Position numbers and translations under genes: made by a program
Shown: positions 48,414 to 58,251 of the stretch, piece by piece
Layout of the letters: the number at the start of each line of letters is the position of its first letter
Numbering within the stretch: position 1 is the first letter of the stretch
Notes under the pieces: generated by a model
What the model saw: only the letters and a program-made list of their open reading frames with translations
Database searches by the model: none
Told to the model about the DNA's origin: nothing
NCBI GenBank assembly: GCA_002716355.1
Contig: PBAU01000010.1
Span: forward strand, 47,208-111,207
Direction of reading: 5' to 3'
Source: a bacterium
GTDB lineage: Bacteria; UBP7; UBA6624
Length of the DNA: 64,000 bases

Positions 48414-51011
48414 TTAAAGATCCAAAGCTCTTCTTATTTCATAAGCGATATTTGTCATGTGGGCAGCAACCATTGGGTCACTATCTTCAGACATGTTGGT
48501 AGCACTTTCGTACATATCGATTAAAGCATCTGTAGACAATGCAAGCATGTCAGGACCGCTATTTCCCATCTGAATCAAATAACTTGTCCACAAAGATTGG
48601 GAATCTCTATTGAAAGAATTAGCAGCATCAACATTCCATAAAGCTTCATGAACCGCTGCAAACACATCACTGATAGAAAGAGAATCTCCTCCATTTGCTT
48701 CGTGATACCAGGCTGCATCTCTCATCCTCACTAACCTAGAACTGTCAAAAAGATACATCAAAGTCATCATCTTTCTGGAAGCAACAGTACTGTGAATGTC
48801 AGTATTGAGATCCTGCATAAAACTCCTGCCACCTAAACCATAAGCCCTAAATGAATTAACCATATATGGGTAAAAGTCAACAAGCATAGCAGTATCAACT
48901 GTCAATGATTCAATAAGAAGATCCAAAGCTCTTTCTTGCTCTGAGTAAGAAATAAAAGATATTGGTGCAGGAGCACCAGGGTCACCCTTGTGCGCTCTGC
49001 TCATATCATGACCACCAAGATATTTTGCAGCAAAAGGGCCACCTCTTGACATGTCATAAAGAATTTGGCTTACACCGCCTCTTAAGTCAGTCCATTCTTC
49101 ACCTTCTGAAACAACCCTATCCTCAATTTCGGAAATCAAACTCTTAGCAAGTTTAATCCTGTCCTCGAAGAATGAAAGTGGATCTGATAAGTCCCAATAA
49201 TTTGTATAAGGGTCCCATCCAAATGCTGTTGCTGAATCCTGATCAGTTGCAAAATGATGGTGGGGGTGAGTATTATCAGAAGCTAATTCCTTTAGCCATT
49301 CATGCTGAACACCACTTATCTCGTCTGGCAAATATTTATAACCATACTGAACTGCCCAATCATCATAATCTCCAGTAACTGGTGAAGAATAATGTCCTTG
49401 GTTGTCTCTATCAGAAGAAACATTTGATTCTGCGTAATCCATAACTGAAGAAATAAGTCCATGTTTGGAAGTGTATTCTTTATTGTTTATTTCTTCCCAA
49501 GGAATGCCATGACTAGATTTGAAATTATGCCTTAGGCCTATAGTGTGCCCTACTTCATGCATCGTAACCTCAATTAATGCTTCAGTAATAAAACTATGAG
49601 GGATCGGGTCATCAGCACCGATAACTCCATCAGCAATCAAAGCGTTTCTCAAAACAATTGGTGAAAAGTTACCTCCTGAAACCGGACTTAACATAGCGCA
49701 ATACCTTTCCATATCAAAACCTTCAGGAAGATCTCCATAACCATATAAGCTCGCCTCAAATTCTTTAAACTTTCCTTCTTTCCCAATTTCTAATATTTCC
49801 TCATAATGAGGCAAATTAAATAAAGGGTGAGCTGTAACTTCAGCGTCACCTGTCCAAGCTTTTATCCATGAAGCTGTGAAAACAATATCAGCATTGAGTA
49901 TCTCTCCTGTTCTTGGATCAACATTTGAAGGACCAATCGCAAATGTGCTTGCCAAACTAGGAGCCCACGAAACGCTTGAATACCTCGAATCTCCAGCAGA
50001 ATAATCATCTGGCCAATCTTCATCTCCAGGAAGAACTGCTTTAACAGCTCCCTTCCATCCAGCAGCCTCAAAAGACTTATTCCATTTCTCAATACCTATT
50101 TTGACATACTCTCTCCAATCTTCAGAAACTGTTGGATCAACATAATATGTAATTGGTTTGATTGGCTCAAGCATTTCAGCATCAGGATCTTTTGGTTCAA
50201 GTCTCCATTTGTTTGCAAGCCTCACCACACCACCATCAGTCTGCTCTGGATTTACATCCATGTCGTAATACTGAGTATCAAAATAACCTATTCTTTGGTC
50301 TGAAGTTCTTGTTGTCATAAGGTCATCAGGAAGCCTCTGCACTGAAAAATGTACACCTTCCTCGCTACTCCCCATATTGAAAATAATATCAAATTCCATA
50401 TTGGTTGGATAAACATCTGATCTGTTGACATAGCTTAAATCCCTATTGAATCCGCGCATGTAACCCAAACCACTATTAATCCAATCACTAACATCTAAAA
50501 GATAATGGGTTGTTTCTCCATCTTTTTCCCTCGTTGCAACAGGCATCATAGCCATCATCCTTGTACCATCAGAAACACCAAGTGCATTTGCATTTGCTAA
50601 TTTTCCTTCAGGATCCCACCTGTGACTCCAGTTAGGTTCAACAATGTCTATCCTTCTTCCATCAGGATTCATTCTGAATTCAAAAGACATATCCCCACTC
50701 GGCATATGCAAAAGGGAGCGTTGTGCATCAGCATGTGATGTAAGCATTATCGCAACCATAGGATGATTAAGCTCAGAAGCTGGAACTTCAAGCATGAATT
50801 GACCTCTTCTATCATCGCTTCCAACATAAAGATTCAGCCAACCTTCTCTCTTCTCTAGACCTTTAGCAGCCTGATCAATAGGGTCAACTGGAGCTTTCTC
50901 AACAACTGGTGGCTTTGGTGTAACCCAGCTTCCAGTTTTCCAATCCCAAACAGGTGCCGCCTCTAAAGAAAAGGCTTTAAATAAAATAGTAATTAAAAAA
51001 ATATTTCTCAT
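48414..51011 (-). CDS. Secreted zinc-dependent metalloprotease (large, DUF4953/DUF5117-like)
   Basis: 865 aa. Signal peptide and HEVGHTIGLRHNF zincin motif in the middle of the protein. A GGAGGA Shine-Dalgarno sits immediately upstream. Confidence 0.8.
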   Translation of the reverse strand: MRNIFLITILFKAFSLEAAPVWDWKTGSWVTPKPPVVEKAPVDPIDQAAKGLEKREGWLNLYVGSDDRRGQFMLEVPASELNHPMVAIMLTSHADAQRSLLHMPSGDMSFEFRMNPDGRRIDIVEPNWSHRWDPEGKLANANALGVSDGTRMMAMMPVATREKDGETTHYLLDVSDWINSGLGYMRGFNRDLSYVNRSDVYPTNMEFDIIFNMGSSEEGVHFSVQRLPDDLMTTRTSDQRIGYFDTQYYDMDVNPEQTDGGVVRLANKWRLEPKDPDAEMLEPIKPITYYVDPTVSEDWREYVKIGIEKWNKSFEAAGWKGAVKAVLPGDEDWPDDYSAGDSRYSSVSWAPSLASTFAIGPSNVDPRTGEILNADIVFTASWIKAWTGDAEVTAHPLFNLPHYEEILEIGKEGKFKEFEASLYGYGDLPEGFDMERYCAMLSPVSGGNFSPIVLRNALIADGVIGADDPIPHSFITEALIEVTMHEVGHTIGLRHNFKSSHGIPWEEINNKEYTSKHGLISSVMDYAESNVSSDRDNQGHYSSPVTGDYDDWAVQYGYKYLPDEISGVQHEWLKELASDNTHPHHHFATDQDSATAFGWDPYTNYWDLSDPLSFFEDRIKLAKSLISEIEDRVVSEGEEWTDLRGGVSQILYDMSRGGPFAAKYLGGHDMSRAHKGDPGAPAPISFISYSEQERALDLLIESLTVDTAMLVDFYPYMVNSFRAYGLGGRSFMQDLNTDIHSTVASRKMMTLMYLFDSSRLVRMRDAAWYHEANGGDSLSISDVFAAVHEALWNVDAANSFNRDSQSLWTSYLIQMGNSGPDMLALSTDALIDMYESATNMSEDSDPMVAAHMTNIAYEIRRALDL

Positions 51012-51047
51012 GATTCCTCCTTTGGTGCATCAATTGATAAGTCTGAT

Positions 51048-51061
51048 TATATATATATATA
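51048..51061. repeat. (TA)7 dinucleotide run in the SNF2 / metalloprotease intergenic spacer
   Basis: Read directly: tatatatatatata. It lies 37-50 nt upstream of the metalloprotease ATG. Confidence 0.85.
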
Positions 51062-51068
51062 ATCAAAA

Positions 51069-53372
51069 TTAAGAAAGAAGCAAGTCAATTAATTCTTTTT
51101 TTGATAAAATTTCAGCATATTCTTTCTTTTCAAAATCACAACTTTCTAAAACCTTATGGAATAAATTCTTCTTTCTTTCTAAAATCGATAATATCTTTTC
51201 TTCAACAGTATTTTCAGAAACTAGATGTATTGCTAAGACAGAATTTTTACTACCTATACGGTGAGCCCTAGCCACTCTTTGAGCAATTTTTGCTGGATTA
51301 TACAAAAGTTCAAAATTTACAACAAGATCGACAAATTGTAAATTCAAGCCCGAAGATGCTGCATCAGTTGCTATAAAAATATTAATTTCAGAATCATTTT
51401 TAAATTTATCAATGACTTGATCTCTGTTTTTTTGGTTAAGGGCCCCATGGTAAAAAACAGAATTTATATTTTTTTCACGTAAAAATTCGCCAATTATTTT
51501 ACCCATCCTGACCCACTGTGTAAAAATAATCATTTTTTTCCCTGGGCCAATATTTGCACTTTCAATAATTTCAATTAACTCTTTTAGCTTGTTTCCTACG
51601 CCCTGCTCCCCTAGCAGCTCTGGACATGTGCAAGCTTCCCTCATCCTCAAAATACCTTCCAGGGCATTCATTTGACCTTCATCTGACCTGTCTGACTCCC
51701 ATGATTTATAAACTTTTTTAAAAATTTTTCGATAAAGTTTTTTTTGGCTAATTGACATTTTGACATAACGAACACTCTCAGTTAATTCAGGCAGCGAATC
51801 CAAAACTTCATCTTTTCTTCTTCTCAGAAAAACACCATTCATTTTCTTTCTCACTTCATCTATGTTCTTGACCTTAACAACAGAACCAAACCTATCTAAA
51901 ACCAAATACCTCTTTCTAAAACCAAATGGCGAGGGCCCAAAGACTGAGGGCTGTATCACCTTCATTATGGTGTAAAGTTCTTCAATTGAATTCTCTAGAG
52001 GGGTTCCTGAAAGCCCAAAGCAATACCTGAAAGCATACGAACTGATAATCTTGCTTGTTTTTGTTTTCCAGTTTTTTACTCTTTGGCATTCATCCAAAAC
52101 AATCAAACCATCTTTTACATATTCTTTAACTTCAATATCCCTTCTAAGCAATTCATAATTGACTATTTTTATATCAGCTGAAGACTTCCATAACAACTGT
52201 CTTTTTTCAGGTTTTCCTCTTACAATTTCAACATTCCTACCTGTAAATTTGTTAAACTCACTTCTCCATTGAGTCCTTAAGCTTGCCGGCACAACGATCA
52301 AAACCTTTAAATCAGGGTCTTTTCTTTTCATCTTTTCTATAGCCGCAATTGCCTGAACTGTTTTTCCTAAACCCATTTCATCACCCAGCAATGCCCTCTT
52401 CCTTATCGACAAAAACAATGCTCCTTTTTCCTGATAATCCAAAAGCGGCAAATTGATCATGCTGTTGTCAAATTTCTGATGGATTGCCTCATCATCTGAA
52501 GCTAGGATCATTGCTGAAGGATGTATGTTAAATTTGACACTCAAAGCTTTAAGCTTTTTAGATAAAATTTTTAAAGACCTAGCTGAAGTTAATAACGAAG
52601 ATCCATTCAAGAAGGAATCACATATCTCTTTTATATCATTTGACATAAACTCCCTTGCCGGAAAAGCTTCAATTTGATTAAAAAACTTAACAGATGGAGC
52701 AAAAGAAACCTTGTTTAAAGATGCAATTTTATTAATCTTCCAAGCTTTCTCACTGACCTCAACCCATGATCCTGCAAATTTCAAAGCCTCGACTAACGGT
52801 TTTAAAAATAATGGATCAATTAAAATTTTTGCATTTGCATAGTCCGATATTACCAAAACATATTTTGACAACAGAGAAGAGTGGTAGTCAATTTGTATCT
52901 GATTATTTGATTCAAAAATTTTAACTAAGTTCTTTCTCTTGAACCTATCTAGAGCTTCTTTTCCGGAGGTGCTATACGTGACAACAACCCCTAAAGACCT
53001 CAAATCTAATAAAAATGACCCTAGTTTTAAAGGCTCTAGTATCCAGCCTTTTGGAGATATTTTTCTTATCAATCTTAAAATCCTTTTATCCTTACCTCTA
53101 TATCTAAAAATAATGCTTCCATTCTTAGAAGAATCTAAAATTACTGATTTTTGATTTTTAAAACCTTCAAAAGCCTTTATGCTCTTTTTCTCTACAATCA
53201 AAACCCAATCAGCTTTCTTTAAAAAATCTCTAAAATCCCAAAAAAGATCTAGAACAACCTCATCACCTTGAAGAAATCTTTGGAACTCAGTCAGAAAACT
53301 TTTTGGAAGGCTTTTAAAATTTGACACCTTTGCTAAATCTTCTGATTGAAAAAAAATTTTAACTTTTTTCAT
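51069..53372 (-). CDS. SNF2-family helicase-like ATPase with an unassigned ~300-aa N-terminal region
   Basis: 767 aa. LLDYQ, DEMGLGKT (motif I), DECQRVKN (II), LSGTPLEN (III) and QRVARAHRIGSK (VI). Confidence 0.85.
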   Translation of the reverse strand: MKKVKIFFQSEDLAKVSNFKSLPKSFLTEFQRFLQGDEVVLDLFWDFRDFLKKADWVLIVEKKSIKAFEGFKNQKSVILDSSKNGSIIFRYRGKDKRILRLIRKISPKGWILEPLKLGSFLLDLRSLGVVVTYSTSGKEALDRFKRKNLVKIFESNNQIQIDYHSSLLSKYVLVISDYANAKILIDPLFLKPLVEALKFAGSWVEVSEKAWKINKIASLNKVSFAPSVKFFNQIEAFPAREFMSNDIKEICDSFLNGSSLLTSARSLKILSKKLKALSVKFNIHPSAMILASDDEAIHQKFDNSMINLPLLDYQEKGALFLSIRKRALLGDEMGLGKTVQAIAAIEKMKRKDPDLKVLIVVPASLRTQWRSEFNKFTGRNVEIVRGKPEKRQLLWKSSADIKIVNYELLRRDIEVKEYVKDGLIVLDECQRVKNWKTKTSKIISSYAFRYCFGLSGTPLENSIEELYTIMKVIQPSVFGPSPFGFRKRYLVLDRFGSVVKVKNIDEVRKKMNGVFLRRRKDEVLDSLPELTESVRYVKMSISQKKLYRKIFKKVYKSWESDRSDEGQMNALEGILRMREACTCPELLGEQGVGNKLKELIEIIESANIGPGKKMIIFTQWVRMGKIIGEFLREKNINSVFYHGALNQKNRDQVIDKFKNDSEINIFIATDAASSGLNLQFVDLVVNFELLYNPAKIAQRVARAHRIGSKNSVLAIHLVSENTVEEKILSILERKKNLFHKVLESCDFEKKEYAEILSKKELIDLLLS

Positions 53373-53405
53373 ACTTTATTAAGAATATGATAGATTGTAG
53401 TAAAC

Positions 53406-54551
53406 ATGACTTTAAAAATACCCTTTTGGAAGCATTCTTTAAAAAATATTGATTTTGAAAATGTTAAAAAAGCAATATCGAATAACCATATAACATCTGG
53501 TCCAATATCAAAAAATGTTGAAGAAAAAATATCAAAATATCTTGATAGCAATTATGCAGTGTTAACCTCCTCATGCACAACGGCATTACAGGTTTCCCTA
53601 ATGGCCATTGGTCTAAAAAAGAATGACGAAGTGATCACCACCCCAATGTCTTTTATAGCAACTTCAAATGCAATAATACTTGCAGGTGGAACTCCTAAAT
53701 TCGTCGATGTAGACCCTTATACAGGCTTGATGGATTTAAAAAAACTAAAAAAATCAATTTCAAAAAAAACTAAAGCAATAATTCCAGTTCATCTTTATGG
53801 TCAAATGACGAATATAGAAGCAATAAAAAAAATAACAGCCAATCGTGACATAAAAATCATTGAGGATTCAGCGCATGCATTTGAAGCAAAAATGAATGGC
53901 AAATCACCTGGTTCATTTTCATCCTCTTCAGCATTATCTTTCTATGCAACAAAAGCAATCACATGCGGAGAAGGTGGATGTTTGGTAACTAATGAAAAAA
54001 CAATTTACGAAAAAGCAAGAAAAATAATCCTTCATGGAATGGATAAAGCTCCTGCATCAAGAGGTTCTCGTTTTTATTCTCATTACGATATGCCAAATCT
54101 TGGAATGAAATGTAATCTAGATGATGTATCAGCGTCTTTGCTCATTGACCAAACTGAAGAAAAATGGATTAAAGAAAATCTTCAAAAAAGATGGTTATTG
54201 GATTCTAAATACCGTGAAAATCTAAATGGAATTGAACATTTCGGGATAACTCTTCATCCAACTTTGAAAAAAGAAGACTCGCCCTACCTTTTCACGTTAA
54301 GAATACCAGAAAAAAGAGATCTTTTCATCAGGCGGCTAGAAGAAGCCGGAATTGGTATTGCCGTAAATTATAGACCTATACACCTTATGGAATACTATAA
54401 AAAAACATTCCATTATAAGAATGGGGATTTTCCAGAAGCTGAAAAAATCGGCAAGCAAACATTAACTATCCCATCTCATGGAAACCTAAAAGATGATGAA
54501 ATCAACTATATTTGTCAAAAAATAAAAAAAATAGCAAGTGAAGTCCTCTAG
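53406..54551 (+). CDS. DegT/DnrJ/EryC1/StrS-family sugar aminotransferase
   Basis: 381 aa. PLP-aminotransferase pattern (IIEDSAHAFEA..., SFYATKAITCGEGG with the PLP Lys). Confidence 0.88.
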   Translation: MTLKIPFWKHSLKNIDFENVKKAISNNHITSGPISKNVEEKISKYLDSNYAVLTSSCTTALQVSLMAIGLKKNDEVITTPMSFIATSNAIILAGGTPKFVDVDPYTGLMDLKKLKKSISKKTKAIIPVHLYGQMTNIEAIKKITANRDIKIIEDSAHAFEAKMNGKSPGSFSSSSALSFYATKAITCGEGGCLVTNEKTIYEKARKIILHGMDKAPASRGSRFYSHYDMPNLGMKCNLDDVSASLLIDQTEEKWIKENLQKRWLLDSKYRENLNGIEHFGITLHPTLKKEDSPYLFTLRIPEKRDLFIRRLEEAGIGIAVNYRPIHLMEYYKKTFHYKNGDFPEAEKIGKQTLTIPSHGNLKDDEINYICQKIKKIASEVL

Positions 54552-55791
54552 AAAAAAATTCAAAAATTTTAAAAGTTTTTTTGTGGTTGGCCACTACCTT
54601 ACACCAGTTTTAAGAAAAACAATTATAGAAATAATTAACGAATCAAAAAGATACCTAGAAGGCTCTGAATTAATATTAATCTATTGGTGGCCAGGTGTAG
54701 AAAAAAGCGAACTTGCAAAAGAAGCCTCAGAAAAAGGCATAACTGTCCATGAAATATGGATGGCAGGGCCAATAAATCAGGCAAAAATACATGGTTGGTA
54801 TAAAAATCTCAATCACTATATCGACACAAACATAAAAGCTTTTTTAAAAATCCAAAAAATTTTTAGAAAAAATTCAAAATTTAATTGTGCATTAACTATA
54901 TTCCATACTCCCTGGTACGCAGAATTTCTAGCACTTCTTGCAGCACGACCAAGAAAGTTAGCAGTTAAATTCTTCACATCCACAGAACCTTTTGTCCCAA
55001 TTCATAAAAAAATTGCTCTTGCATTAAATTCAATATTTCTAAATAGGCTCATAGTAAACTCAAATGAAGCTAAAAAATTCGCAATGTCACTTGGACACAT
55101 TTTTTCAAAAATATCAATTATGAGAAATATTGATATAGTTGCAAGACAATTTGATAAATACAAATCTGATGGCAATATAGTCAGAAAAGAATTCGGCATA
55201 GATGAAAAAGCAATCTTGGTTGGCTCTGTAAGCAGGCTTGATCCAACAAAAGGTCATAAAACTTTAATCAACTGCTGGAAAAAAGTTCAAGAAAGATTTC
55301 CTAAATCAAGATTGCTTATTGTTGGTGGATCAATATATGGAGAAAAAGATCCGTATCTAATCCAGCTCAAAAAAATTGTTAAAGATAGCAATCTAGAAGA
55401 TTCTCTAGACTTTGCTGGTTTAAGGGAGAATGTAAATGATTTTTATGCAGCGATGGACATACTTGTACACCCATCTATATTCGATCTATTCCCATTCACA
55501 ATATTAGAGGCTCAAAGCATGAAAATCCCAGTAATATCGACAAAAGTAGGCACCATACCTCAAATGATTTCAAATGGAAAAGAAGGAATCTTGGTTGAAG
55601 AGGAAAATGAAAATGAATTAGCTGACGCAATTATTAAGTTGATAAAAAACAAAAATGAAAGAAAAATCATGGGTGAAAACGGATATAAAAGAAACACAAA
55701 AACTTGGACTGCCGAAAGAGCAGCAAAATCATGCATTAATCTCTACAATGACGTAATTGAAAGAAAATGGACTAAAGATTACGAATGTTAA
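54538..55791 (+). CDS. GT-B (family 4-like) glycosyltransferase
   Basis: 417 aa. C-terminal half: RLDPTKGH...LLIVGG...HPSIFDLFPFTILEAQSMKIPVIST. GTG start overlaps the degT-like stop. Confidence 0.8.
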   Translation: MKSSRKKFKNFKSFFVVGHYLTPVLRKTIIEIINESKRYLEGSELILIYWWPGVEKSELAKEASEKGITVHEIWMAGPINQAKIHGWYKNLNHYIDTNIKAFLKIQKIFRKNSKFNCALTIFHTPWYAEFLALLAARPRKLAVKFFTSTEPFVPIHKKIALALNSIFLNRLIVNSNEAKKFAMSLGHIFSKISIMRNIDIVARQFDKYKSDGNIVRKEFGIDEKAILVGSVSRLDPTKGHKTLINCWKKVQERFPKSRLLIVGGSIYGEKDPYLIQLKKIVKDSNLEDSLDFAGLRENVNDFYAAMDILVHPSIFDLFPFTILEAQSMKIPVISTKVGTIPQMISNGKEGILVEEENENELADAIIKLIKNKNERKIMGENGYKRNTKTWTAERAAKSCINLYNDVIERKWTKDYEC

Positions 55792-56747
55792 AAGAAATCA
55801 AAAAAATAGAAGATTTTAAAAATATTGAAAGTTTTGCAAAAAAAATATTAGCATCGCCTTATAGGTTTATAAAAGAATACCCCTCGCATGTCCACCAAGA
55901 ACATCTTTTGAAAAAATGGCAAAGTTCAATTGGGTCCGAAAAAAATCTTTTTTTGGTTTCTGAAGATTCAGTTTGCACGGTAGACCATTCCATATTTGAT
56001 TCAGAAGCTTTTGGTAAAAAATCAGGAATTCTAAATCTTTTTCATTCGGTAAAAAAATCCCAAAAAGAATCAGACAAGTTGATCAAGGAAGCAACAAGAT
56101 GGGCAGATGAAAATAATTTTTCATTCCTGCAAACAAGAATTGATGCTCAAAACATAGTGGGCATTAGAGCTTTAGAAAATAACAAATTCAATTATGCAGA
56201 TATAGTTTTAAGAAGCATTTTCACATACGAAGAAGGAATTACGCATGAAATTTATGGGATAAAAAGCAAAACCAACGTCAGGCTTGCTGAAAAAAAAGAC
56301 TTTGAAAAAATATTAAACATAGCAAAAAAAATATTCAAAAATTCAAGATTTCATAAAGATCCTAATTTTCCTGATGGTTTTGCTGAAAAAATTCATGAAT
56401 CATGGGTCGAAAAATCTCTAAACCAGGAAAGGGGATTCTGTTTTGTATCAGAGGAGAATAATTCTTTATGCGGATTTTTTACAGCAGCTTTTGATAATGA
56501 AATAAATGAACATAGTTCAGACAAACTCATTAGATTTGAATTATCAGCAGTCTTACCAATGAGAAGAGCATCAACTATATGGCTTGATCTTTTAAATGCT
56601 GTGGTTAGACATGGGTATTCAAAAGGTGGCAAATTTTTCGAGGGAAGACCTCAGGCTTATAATTACCAAATACTTCAAAGACAAATGAAAGTGCCTCCTA
56701 AATATTTAAAAGCGGAAATGGCGCTTCACAGGATGAAAAATAAATGA
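55785..56747 (+). CDS. WecD-like (TDP-4-amino-4,6-dideoxyhexose) N-acetyltransferase, putative
   Basis: 320 aa. FDSEAFGKKSG and NSRFHKDPNFPDGFAEKIHESWVEKSL resemble, from memory, E. coli WecD (ENAFFG... and [26 protein letters not shown]). It sits next to a WecE-type aminotransferase. Confidence 0.45.
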   Translation: MLKEIKKIEDFKNIESFAKKILASPYRFIKEYPSHVHQEHLLKKWQSSIGSEKNLFLVSEDSVCTVDHSIFDSEAFGKKSGILNLFHSVKKSQKESDKLIKEATRWADENNFSFLQTRIDAQNIVGIRALENNKFNYADIVLRSIFTYEEGITHEIYGIKSKTNVRLAEKKDFEKILNIAKKIFKNSRFHKDPNFPDGFAEKIHESWVEKSLNQERGFCFVSEENNSLCGFFTAAFDNEINEHSSDKLIRFELSAVLPMRRASTIWLDLLNAVVRHGYSKGGKFFEGRPQAYNYQILQRQMKVPPKYLKAEMALHRMKNK

Positions 56748-58231
56748 AAAAATATGCAATATTATCAGTAACCAACAAAGAAAATTTAGAAAACCTGGGT
56801 AAAGAACTTGTAAAAAATAATTTTTTAATATTCTCAAGTGGGGGAACAAGAAAATATCTAGAAAAACATGGTGTTGATGTTTGCTCTGTCTCTGAATTGA
56901 CTACATTTCCTGAAATATTAGATGGCAGAGTGAAAACACTTCATCCAAAAGTTTTTGGTGGGATACTTGCAGATGTAACTAATAAAAAACATATAAAAGA
57001 AATGAACGAAAATCAAATAAACAGAATTGATATGGTTGTTGTTAATTTCTATAACTTTTCAGAAGGAAAAAACAAAGAATTCTCTAAAGCGATTGAATCA
57101 ATAGATATTGGTGGCCCAAGCATGGTTAGAGCTGCAGCAAAAAATCATCAAAATTGTTTAGTTGTAACAGATCCAAAGGATTATGAAGAAGTTATAAAAA
57201 ATTTAGATAAAGGTTTTGATTCCGAAATAAGAAAAAGATATGCTGCAAAAGCCTTTGAAAAAACTGCAAAACTTGATCTTGACATCTCAGAATGGATGAA
57301 CAAGGGAGGCAAAGAATCTGAATTTGCTCTAGAAGGAGAATGGGAAGAATTAAGATATGGTGAAAACCCTCATCAAAAAGCAGCTGTTTTAATTTCAAAA
57401 AACCTTAAAAAAGAACAAATACAACATCAAGGAAAAGAACTTTCTTACAATAATTATCTAGACATTGATGCTGCTCTAAGGATTTGCAAATCTCTCCCTT
57501 CTGATGGTTCGGTAGTTGTCAAGCATACAAATCCAACTGGAGTTGCACTTAACAATAATTTAAGACAATCAATGGAGGATGCTTGGAATGGAGACCCAAG
57601 AGCAGCTTTTGGCTCTGTTATAGCAGTAAAACCAAGATTGGACCGAGAAACAGCTAAATATCTGTCTGATTTCTTTGTTGAGGTTATAGTTACACCTTTT
57701 GTGGAAAAAGAAGCCCTTGAGATATTAAGCGAAAAGAAAAATCTAAGAATTATCACAATGCCTCTTCTTGAGCGAGAAAAATGGTCACTAAAAACCTTAT
57801 CAGGCATAACCCTTCGTCAAGATAATGATAAAAAAACTACATCTCCAAAAGATTGGTCTTGGCATGGACCTAAAGCTGACAGTAAAACAGTTTCGGACCT
57901 ACATTTAGCAAACATTATTGTTAAAGAAATGAAGTCAAATGCAATATGTCTGGTAAAAAATGGTGTGATGATTGGAGGTGGAGCTGGTAGCACAAGCAGA
58001 GTTGGAGCTCTAGAAACTGCACTTTCAGTTTCTGGTAAAAAATCACATCAATCAGTCATGTCTTCAGATGCTTTTTTTCCCTTCAGAGACTCAATAGATC
58101 TAGCTGCCAAGCATGGAGTAAAAGCAATTGTCCAACCAGGGGGATCAATTAGAGATGATGAAGTTATCCGAGCTTCTGAAGAAAATAATATATCCCTAGC
58201 ACTGACTGGAACCAGGCATTTTAATCACTAA
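56744..58231 (+). CDS. purH: Bifunctional AICAR transformylase / IMP cyclohydrolase
   Basis: 495 aa. RVKTLHPKVFGGIL, IDIGGPSMVRAAAKN and C-terminal QPGGSIRD...TGTRHFNH. Confidence 0.95.
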   Translation: MKKYAILSVTNKENLENLGKELVKNNFLIFSSGGTRKYLEKHGVDVCSVSELTTFPEILDGRVKTLHPKVFGGILADVTNKKHIKEMNENQINRIDMVVVNFYNFSEGKNKEFSKAIESIDIGGPSMVRAAAKNHQNCLVVTDPKDYEEVIKNLDKGFDSEIRKRYAAKAFEKTAKLDLDISEWMNKGGKESEFALEGEWEELRYGENPHQKAAVLISKNLKKEQIQHQGKELSYNNYLDIDAALRICKSLPSDGSVVVKHTNPTGVALNNNLRQSMEDAWNGDPRAAFGSVIAVKPRLDRETAKYLSDFFVEVIVTPFVEKEALEILSEKKNLRIITMPLLEREKWSLKTLSGITLRQDNDKKTTSPKDWSWHGPKADSKTVSDLHLANIIVKEMKSNAICLVKNGVMIGGGAGSTSRVGALETALSVSGKKSHQSVMSSDAFFPFRDSIDLAAKHGVKAIVQPGGSIRDDEVIRASEENNISLALTGTRHFNH

Positions 58232-58251
58232 AAATTTATATAATATAAACC

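Noticed and set aside
51048-51061. (TA)7 run as a phase-variation switch or promoter element for the metalloprotease
   Set aside because: A TATAAT-like hexamer can be read in it, but the nearest -35-like TTGATT is only ~9 nt away. There is no evidence of length variation from a single sequence. I kept it only as a simple repeat.
51069-53372. SNF2 ATPase as a marker of a defence island (DISARM- or BREX-like)
   Set aside because: No methyltransferase, nuclease, PLD or helicase partner, integrase or tRNA-flanked island structure is nearby. The neighbours are a secreted protease and sugar-biosynthesis genes.
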